Source: a candidate division WOR-3 bacterium
Lineage (GTDB): Bacteria > Hydrothermota > Tepidihabitantia > Tepidihabitantales > DTDR01
DNA: 12,482 nt
NCBI GenBank assembly: GCA_039801885.1
Contig: JBDRVN010000048.1
Coordinates: 1-12,482, forward strand
Direction: 5' to 3'
In this document: positions 7,080 to 12,482 of the stretch, in pieces
How positions within the stretch are numbered: the stretch's first letter is position 1
How the letters are laid out: each line of letters opens with the position of its first letter
Program-made: the position numbers and the translations under genes
The notes under the pieces: model-generated
What the model was told of the DNA's origin: nothing
Database searches by the model: none
What the model saw: only the letters and a program-made list of their open reading frames with translations

Positions 7080-8927
7080 ATGGTTAAAGATTGGCGTAAA
7101 AGAATAATAAAACCGGAAGAAGCAATAAAAGCAATAAAGTCGGGCAATAGAATTTTTATTGGCTCGGCTTGTGCTACTCCTCAGAGTTTAGTGCGGGCTT
7201 TGGCTCAATTACCGGCGGAAGATGTAGAAATTGTTCATATTTTAACTTTAGGAGTTGCTCCCTACACCCACGATGAATTAACCCAAAGATTTCGTGCCAA
7301 TGCTTTTTTTATCAGTAGTAATGTTCGGAAAGCTGTCTGGGAAGGAAAGGCAGATTATACACCGATATTTCTTTCAGAAATACCTAAACTTTTTAGGACT
7401 GGCAGAATTCCAATAGATGTTGCTCTCTTTCAGGTATCTTTACCTGATGAGCATGGTTATTGTAGTTTTGGCATTTCGGTAGATATTACCAAGCCGGCTG
7501 TCGAATCAGCCCAAATTAGAATTGCCGAGATTAATCCACATATGCCCAGAACTTTTGGTAATTCTTTTATTCATATTGATGATATTGATTATATAGTTTA
7601 TTCGGAAGAGCCGATAATTGAATACACTGTTTCCGCACCACCGGAAATAGTAAGAAGGATTGCTAAAAATGTTGCTGATTTAATAGAAGACGGTTCAACA
7701 ATCCAAGTTGGTTATGGTGGTGTTCCTAATGCTATTTTAGAATTTCTTAAAGATAAAAAAGATTTAGGTGTCCATACCGAAGTCTTTTCGGATAGTTTAA
7801 TTGAATTAATTGAAACCAAGGTGATTACCAATACACGAAAAACTTTGCATTCGGGAAAAGTGGTTGCTTCCTTTGCGATGGGAACAAAAAAGCTTTATGA
7901 TTATTTAAACAACAATCCCTTATTTGAATTTTACCCAGTAGATTACACTAACGACCCATTTATTATTGCTCAAAATGAAAAAATGGTGGCAATAAATTCC
8001 GCATTAGAAGTTGATTTAACTGGTCAAATTTGTGCTGATTCTATCGGTCATCGTTTTTATTCGGGATTTGGTGGTCAACTTGATTTTATGAGAGGTGCGG
8101 CAAGGGCAAAAGATGGTAAACCAATTATTGTTTTACCTTCTACTCGGGAAGGCGGTACAAAATCAAGAATTGTTCCTTTTTTATCAGAAGGCGCTGGTGT
8201 AGTGACTACCCGAGCAGATGTTCATTATGTAGTAACCGAATGGGGAATGGCTTATCTTCACGGAAAAAGTATTAGAGAAAGGGCTTTGGCTTTAATTTCT
8301 ATTGCCCATCCTAAATTTCGGAGTGAATTATTAAAAAAAGCAAAAGAGTTAAATTATGTTTATCCTGACCAACCGGAAATACCATTGACTCAAGCTCGCT
8401 ATCCGGAAGAGTTAGAAAATTGGGGAGAGACAAAAACCGGTTTGAAAGTGTTTTTCCGACCAATAAAACCTACGGATGAACCATTGATGCGCGAGCTTTT
8501 TTATTCTTTTTCTAAGGAAACTATCTACTATCGTTTTTTCTCTTATCTTACGGCAATGCCTCACGAGAGACTTCAGAAGTTTGTTAATGTTGATTATGAA
8601 AAAGAATTAGCAATTTTGGCAATTCAAAAGAAAGCCGGTGAGGAAAAAATATTAGGCGTTGCTCGTTATATTGTTGATACGGCTACTGGGTTTGCTGAAT
8701 TTGCTATTGTTATAGGCGACGAATGGCAAAATCAAGGAATAGGAACTGTTTTATTTGAATATATGATTCGGATTGCCAAAATGAAAGGGATAAAGGGTTT
8801 TATTGGTTATGTATTAGACACTAATGTGCGAGCCTACCGCTTGTTTTATAAAATTGGTTATCCAATAAAAGCAAAATGGGAAGAAGGGGTTTATACTTTG
8901 ATAATGGAATTTACCGAAAAGAAATAG
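7080..8927 (+). CDS. Acetyl-CoA hydrolase/CoA-transferase (4-hydroxybutyrate CoA-transferase-like) fused to a C-terminal Pat-type GNAT acetyltransferase
   Basis: Transferase motifs: IQVGYGGVP, LGVHTE (catalytic Glu234), INSALEVDLTGQ, SGFGGQLDFMRGA, VVTEWG, RALALISIAHPKFR. GNAT from about 8400: RPIKPTD, YYRFF, VDY, GVARY, AEFAIVIGDEWQNQGIG (Glu540 and acetyl-CoA motif A). Confidence 0.92.
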   Translation: MVKDWRKRIIKPEEAIKAIKSGNRIFIGSACATPQSLVRALAQLPAEDVEIVHILTLGVAPYTHDELTQRFRANAFFISSNVRKAVWEGKADYTPIFLSEIPKLFRTGRIPIDVALFQVSLPDEHGYCSFGISVDITKPAVESAQIRIAEINPHMPRTFGNSFIHIDDIDYIVYSEEPIIEYTVSAPPEIVRRIAKNVADLIEDGSTIQVGYGGVPNAILEFLKDKKDLGVHTEVFSDSLIELIETKVITNTRKTLHSGKVVASFAMGTKKLYDYLNNNPLFEFYPVDYTNDPFIIAQNEKMVAINSALEVDLTGQICADSIGHRFYSGFGGQLDFMRGAARAKDGKPIIVLPSTREGGTKSRIVPFLSEGAGVVTTRADVHYVVTEWGMAYLHGKSIRERALALISIAHPKFRSELLKKAKELNYVYPDQPEIPLTQARYPEELENWGETKTGLKVFFRPIKPTDEPLMRELFYSFSKETIYYRFFSYLTAMPHERLQKFVNVDYEKELAILAIQKKAGEEKILGVARYIVDTATGFAEFAIVIGDEWQNQGIGTVLFEYMIRIAKMKGIKGFIGYVLDTNVRAYRLFYKIGYPIKAKWEEGVYTLIMEFTEKK

Positions 8928-8928
8928 G

Positions 8929-11052
8929 ATGAAAGAAAACCTAAAATATATTTTCAATCCTCAGTCGATAGCCGTGATCGGTGCCTCGACAACACCAGGA
9001 AGTGCTGGGCAGGTTACTTTTGCCAATATTTTACTTAATGGCTATCGGGGAGTAGTTTATCCGGTCAATATAAAAGCAAATAGTGTGATGGGAGTAAAGG
9101 CATATTTTTCTATTTTAGATATTCCGGATGAAATTGATTTAGCAATAATAATGGTTCCGGCAATTTTTGTTCCGGAAGTGATTGAAGAATGTGGTCAGAA
9201 AAAGGTAAAAGGAATAGTAGTGATTAGTGCCGGTTTCAAAGAGATTGGTGAAAGGGGAGTAGTTTTAGAAAATAGAATAAAAAATTTAGTTCAAAAATAC
9301 AATATTACTTTGATTGGTCCTAATTGTGTTGGAATTATCAATACCGAGCCGAAAATAAAATTGAATGCTACTTTTGGACGGGTAATGCCCAAAGAGGGAA
9401 ACATTGCTTTTATTACCCAAAGCGGTGCTGTAGGATTAACTGCCTTAGAATATGCTCAAGCTGAGGATATTGGTCTTTCCAAATTTATTTCTATCGGCAA
9501 TAAGGCAGATGTAAATGAGAATGATTTACTGGAATATTTAATGGAGGATGAACAGACCAGAGTAATTCTTTTATATTTAGAAGATTTGATAACACCTTTA
9601 AAGTTTTTAGAAGTTGCCCGAAGAGTAACTGAACAGGCAAAAAAACCAATATTGGCGATAAAATCGGGAAGGACACCGGAAGGAGCAAAAGCAGCAGCAA
9701 CCCATACCGGTGCTTTAGCCGGCTCCGATGAAGCCTATGATGCTTTTTTCCGACAATGCGGTATTATTCGCGTTGAGACAGTTAATGAACTTTTTGATTA
9801 TGGAAAAGCCTTTTCGGGTCAACCTTTACCAAAAGGTCGGAAAGTAGCAATACTAACTAATGCTGGTGGAATGGGAATTATGGCAACTGATGCCAGTATT
9901 CGGAATGGATTAAAATTGGCATCTTTTTCCGAAAAGACCAAAGAGAAATTAAAAGCAATTTTACCACCAACAGCAAGTATCAATAATCCGGTAGATGTAA
10001 TTGGTGATGCTGATGAGAAGAGATATTCTGAAGCATTAAAAATTATTTTGGCAGAGGAGAGCGTAGATGCGATAATTGCGATTTGGACACCTACTCAGAT
10101 AGCAGAAACAACAGTTGTCGCTAATAAAGTAATCGAAGTATCGGCAAAATATTCGAAACCGATAATGGGCTGTTTGCTTTCTTTACAAAATGCTTCAGAG
10201 GTGATAAAAATTCTCGGACAAGCAAAAATACCTTATTACCCAATTCCAGAAACAGCAGCAAAGGCATTAAGTTTGATGAGTTATTTTAATGAATGGACTG
10301 AAAAGAAAATTACACCGGTAAGATTATTTGAAGATGTGGATAAAGAGAAAGTTCTTTCGGTTTTAGAAAAAGTGAAACAAAGAAACCCACCGGTGATTTT
10401 AGAACCGGAAGGATACGAAATACTTTCGGCTTATAAAATTCCAACATTACTTTTTGCTTTGGCAAAAAATGAAGAAGAAGCAGCAAGAAAAGCAAATGAG
10501 ATTGGTTATCCCTGTGTTTTAAAGATTGTTTCGCCTGATATTCTTCATAAAACTGATGTCGGTGGTGTGATGTTAGATATTGAAAATGAAGAAGAGTTAA
10601 GAGTTAAATTCCAAGAACTTTTAAATAATGTAAAAAGTAAGAAACCCGATGCCCAAATTGAAGGTGTTTTAATCCAACCAATGGCTTCTTCGGGAATTGA
10701 AACAATTATTGGTATCAAAAGAGATCCACAATTTGGTCCTTTAATTGTGTTTGGAATTGGTGGAATTTATGTAGAAGTATTTCGCGATGTCTCTTTTAGA
10801 GTTTGTCCCATTCGGGAGTCTTCTGCTTGGCGGATGGTTCAAGAGATTAAAGGTTATAAACTTCTTCAAGGTTTCCGTGGCAAGCCACCCGCCGATATAG
10901 AAAAGATTGTTGAAACCCTTCAAAGAATGTCTCAATTAGCAATAGAATTTCCTTGTTTTTTAGAAATAGATATAAACCCTTTTTTAGTATTTGAAAAAGG
11001 TAAAGGTGCCTGCGCCCTTGATGCTCGATTTCTTTATAGTGATAAAAAATAA
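8929..11052 (+). CDS. ADP-forming acetate/acyl-CoA ligase, fused alpha-beta (ACD family)
   Basis: CoA-binding PQSIAVIGAS, ISAGFKE, GPNCVG, TQSGA, SIGNKADV, AAATHTGALAG (His259), TNAGGMG, NNPVD. ATP-grasp region GYPCVLK, ILHKTDVGGV (His540), DPQFGP, EIDINP, ALDAR. No GNAT domain in this polypeptide. Confidence 0.93.
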   Translation: MKENLKYIFNPQSIAVIGASTTPGSAGQVTFANILLNGYRGVVYPVNIKANSVMGVKAYFSILDIPDEIDLAIIMVPAIFVPEVIEECGQKKVKGIVVISAGFKEIGERGVVLENRIKNLVQKYNITLIGPNCVGIINTEPKIKLNATFGRVMPKEGNIAFITQSGAVGLTALEYAQAEDIGLSKFISIGNKADVNENDLLEYLMEDEQTRVILLYLEDLITPLKFLEVARRVTEQAKKPILAIKSGRTPEGAKAAATHTGALAGSDEAYDAFFRQCGIIRVETVNELFDYGKAFSGQPLPKGRKVAILTNAGGMGIMATDASIRNGLKLASFSEKTKEKLKAILPPTASINNPVDVIGDADEKRYSEALKIILAEESVDAIIAIWTPTQIAETTVVANKVIEVSAKYSKPIMGCLLSLQNASEVIKILGQAKIPYYPIPETAAKALSLMSYFNEWTEKKITPVRLFEDVDKEKVLSVLEKVKQRNPPVILEPEGYEILSAYKIPTLLFALAKNEEEAARKANEIGYPCVLKIVSPDILHKTDVGGVMLDIENEEELRVKFQELLNNVKSKKPDAQIEGVLIQPMASSGIETIIGIKRDPQFGPLIVFGIGGIYVEVFRDVSFRVCPIRESSAWRMVQEIKGYKLLQGFRGKPPADIEKIVETLQRMSQLAIEFPCFLEIDINPFLVFEKGKGACALDARFLYSDKK

Positions 11053-11081
11053 TTTTTAAAGATTTTAATTCATTCTTTTTC

Positions 11082-11190
11082 GTTATAAATATAACAAACC
11101 ATATAGTAGATGGTCATAGGGTTATCCCTATATCTATATAAGTCCTTGATTTATGAGAACTTATAAGTATATACCCCCTCCCCCTATCCT
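11082..11190. repeat. Cluster of short inverted repeats followed by a C-rich tract in the intergenic region
   Basis: GTTATA-aa-TATAAC (11082-11095); ACCAT-N7-ATGGT (11098-11114); ATAGGG-ttat-CCCTAT (11116-11131); TATAAGT-N15-ACTTATA (11137-11165); ACTTATAAGT (11159-11168); GTATATAC (11167-11174); CCCCCTCCCCCTATCC (11174-11189). Confidence 0.6.
11139..11151 (-). promoter_or_regulatory. IHF consensus site match
   Basis: The + strand TAAGTCCTTGATT reads AATCAAGGACTTA on the - strand, an exact match to WATCAANNNNTTR. Function untested. Confidence 0.4.
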
Positions 11191-11216
11191 TTTTAAACTC
11201 TTGAAAAAAGAAATTA

Positions 11217-11244
11217 TTGATTTCTAAATATTTATTATTATATT
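11217..11244 (+). promoter_or_regulatory. Putative sigma70-type promoter, probably producing a leaderless mRNA
   Basis: TTGATT (11217-11222), 16 nt spacer, TATATT (11239-11244), then 7 nt to ATG 11252. Hexamers and spacer length are the same as upstream of 7080. No Shine-Dalgarno sequence. Confidence 0.5.
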
Positions 11245-11251
11245 TTATTTT

Positions 11252-12482
11252 ATGGTAATTTTGATATTTATTTTATCGCTTATTAATTTAGAATATGAAG
11301 AGTCTTCAAACGGTTTAATTCCGCCAACATTAGAAATAGGTAGATTAGAAGTGGAGATGGTTGATATTAATTGTGATGGTAATTTAGACTTAATTTCTAT
11401 TGGTGACCATGGTTCTCCTTATGTTAATACCGACCAACACGGCATTATGGTCTGGTTTGGCGATGGTCGAGGAAATTGGCAGATTTATATGAATGGTGAT
11501 TTTGGTTATGGAGGAATTGCCTATGGTGATGTCAATAATGATGGTTTTTTAGATGTTGGTTATGGAATGCATCACAATTATTCAGGAAACGATTTTGGCG
11601 ACCAGTTATTAGAAGTCGCCTTGGGTGATGGCACTGGCAGAAACTGGTTTCCTTGGGATGATAGTTTAGCAACCCATGGTCAAGATTGGGGAATGTTTTG
11701 TGTTGATTTTGCTGATGTTAATAATGATGGGCTTTTAGATATTGGCGCTAATGCCTTTGGTTATGATGATGGAATTCATATTTATTTAAATTTAGGTAAT
11801 GGAACTTGGCGAAGAAGTTTTGGTTTTATTGGTGGTTATTCTGGTCATGGTTTTGTCTTTGGCGACATTAATAAAGATGGTAATATAGATTTTGCAGTTG
11901 CTCATCAATTTGGTAGTGTTTATTTTGGTGATGGAACAGGTAATTTTATTTTAGTCCACCGAAATTTGCCGCCGGTAGGTGCTCGTGGTTATTATAATGT
12001 TGCTTTAAATGATGTGGATAATGATGGTGGTATGGATTTAGGATTTATTAATCCGCAAGGCGGTATAGAAATTTGGATTTTTAATGAAGAAGGAGATAGT
12101 TGGGAGAATTTTTCCGGTAATTTACCAACTACTGGCTCTTATGAAAGGATACAACTATTTGATATGAATCTTGATGGTTTTATTGATGTTATTGCCCAAG
12201 GTAATGGTGTTTTGAAGATTTATTTAAGTAATGGTAGGGGTGATTGGCAAGAAGCAGTAACAATCAATACTCCTGCTCCGGGAACTGGTAGAGACTTAAA
12301 AGTTGGTGGTGATTGTGACCATAATGGCTATCCGGATATTATTTTAGTAGCAAGCGAAGGTTCTCCTAATGACCGAAATCGGGCAAGATTTTTTAAAGAG
12401 ACATCAATTCCAGAAACGGTAAATATTTATCCTGTTTTTCCTCGTGGTTACGAAAGATTTCAACCAAATTCAGTAAATTTTA
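11252..12482 (+). CDS. Exported FG-GAP/VCBS-repeat protein (probable seven-bladed Ca-binding beta-propeller); 3'-truncated
   Basis: Manual translation gives 410 stop-free codons to the window end, starting MVILIFILSLINLEYEESSNGL. Seven loops: DINCDGNLD, DVNNDGFLD, DVNNDGLLD, DINKDGNID, DVDNDGGMD, DMNLDGFID, DCDHNGYPD, plus GDGxG motifs. Absent from the ORF track because there is no stop in the window. Confidence 0.88.
   Translation, partial: MVILIFILSLINLEYEESSNGLIPPTLEIGRLEVEMVDINCDGNLDLISIGDHGSPYVNTDQHGIMVWFGDGRGNWQIYMNGDFGYGGIAYGDVNNDGFLDVGYGMHHNYSGNDFGDQLLEVALGDGTGRNWFPWDDSLATHGQDWGMFCVDFADVNNDGLLDIGANAFGYDDGIHIYLNLGNGTWRRSFGFIGGYSGHGFVFGDINKDGNIDFAVAHQFGSVYFGDGTGNFILVHRNLPPVGARGYYNVALNDVDNDGGMDLGFINPQGGIEIWIFNEEGDSWENFSGNLPTTGSYERIQLFDMNLDGFIDVIAQGNGVLKIYLSNGRGDWQEAVTINTPAPGTGRDLKVGGDCDHNGYPDIILVASEGSPNDRNRARFFKETSIPETVNIYPVFPRGYERFQPNSVNF

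Noticed and set aside
8905..8931. Possible +1 frameshift fusing the GNAT to the ACD to make a GNAT-ACD Pat-like polyprotein
   Set aside because: The ACD frame is open for 8 codons before its ATG, but there is no recognised shift site or stimulator. The ACD has a normal start, and tight junctions are the rule in this window.
9491..9700. 69 aa minus-strand ORF
   Set aside because: Lies entirely antisense to the conserved ACD gene. Its Leu-rich sequence is the expected shadow of GAA/AAA/GCA codons.
10310..10495. 61 aa hydrophobic minus-strand ORF (possible small membrane toxin)
   Set aside because: Antisense shadow of the Glu/Lys-rich ACD region, with no independent expression signals or motifs.
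10741..10935. 64 aa minus-strand ORF
   Set aside because: Antisense to the ATP-grasp domain, with no recognisable motif.
7080..11052. Visibly higher GC than 937-5467, suggesting horizontal transfer
   Set aside because: Explainable by the Gly/Ala/Pro-rich composition of conserved enzymes versus Lys/Ile/Phe-rich proteins. No mobility genes or flanking repeats; a GC3 or tetranucleotide analysis would be needed.
11111..11125. Possible sigma54 -24/-12 promoter TGGTCATAGGGTTAT near the IHF match
   Set aside because: GG and TT are correctly spaced, but the near-invariant -12 GC is AT and the CAC after GG is absent.
11043..11135. Intrinsic terminator after the ACD gene
   Set aside because: The AT-only dyad at the stop is weak, and the ATAGGG/CCCTAT hairpin has no following U-tract.
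11174..11189. G-quadruplex on the minus strand (GGATAGGGGGAGGGGG)
   Set aside because: Only two long G runs are close together, too few for a canonical four-run intramolecular quadruplex.
11053..11251. CRISPR leader or array suggested by the AT-rich spacer and IHF site
   Set aside because: No direct repeat-spacer units and no cas genes in the window.

Overview
AT-rich bacterial chromosomal window with eight genes, all on the + strand. Lys/Glu/Ile-rich proteins and many exported beta-propellers suggest a diderm, possibly thermophilic, candidate-phylum genome such as WOR-3 (low-confidence inference). Block 1 (<1-7042) is a tightly coupled run of five genes: a SurA/PpiC-type chaperone (5'-truncated), an exported PKD + PQQ-like propeller, an exported FG-GAP-like protein, a membrane protein with an extracellular FG-GAP region and a cytoplasmic tail resembling a catalytically degenerate histidine kinase, and a sigma54 enhancer-binding protein whose receiver has a large insertion and appears to lack the conserved Lys. 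Block 2 (7080-11052) is a CoA-transferase::Pat-type GNAT fusion followed by an ADP-forming acyl-CoA synthetase that keeps both catalytic histidines. A palindrome-dense spacer with a perfect IHF consensus precedes a 3'-truncated seven-repeat FG-GAP/VCBS gene (11252->end) missing from the ORF track. The genes at 7080 and 11252 share a TTGATT-N16-TATATT-N6/7-ATG layout that suggests leaderless mRNAs. The best candidate for an undescribed system is the pseudo-kinase/atypical-receiver sigma54 module attached to a SurA/beta-propeller envelope operon. No RNA genes, CRISPR arrays or mobile elements were seen.
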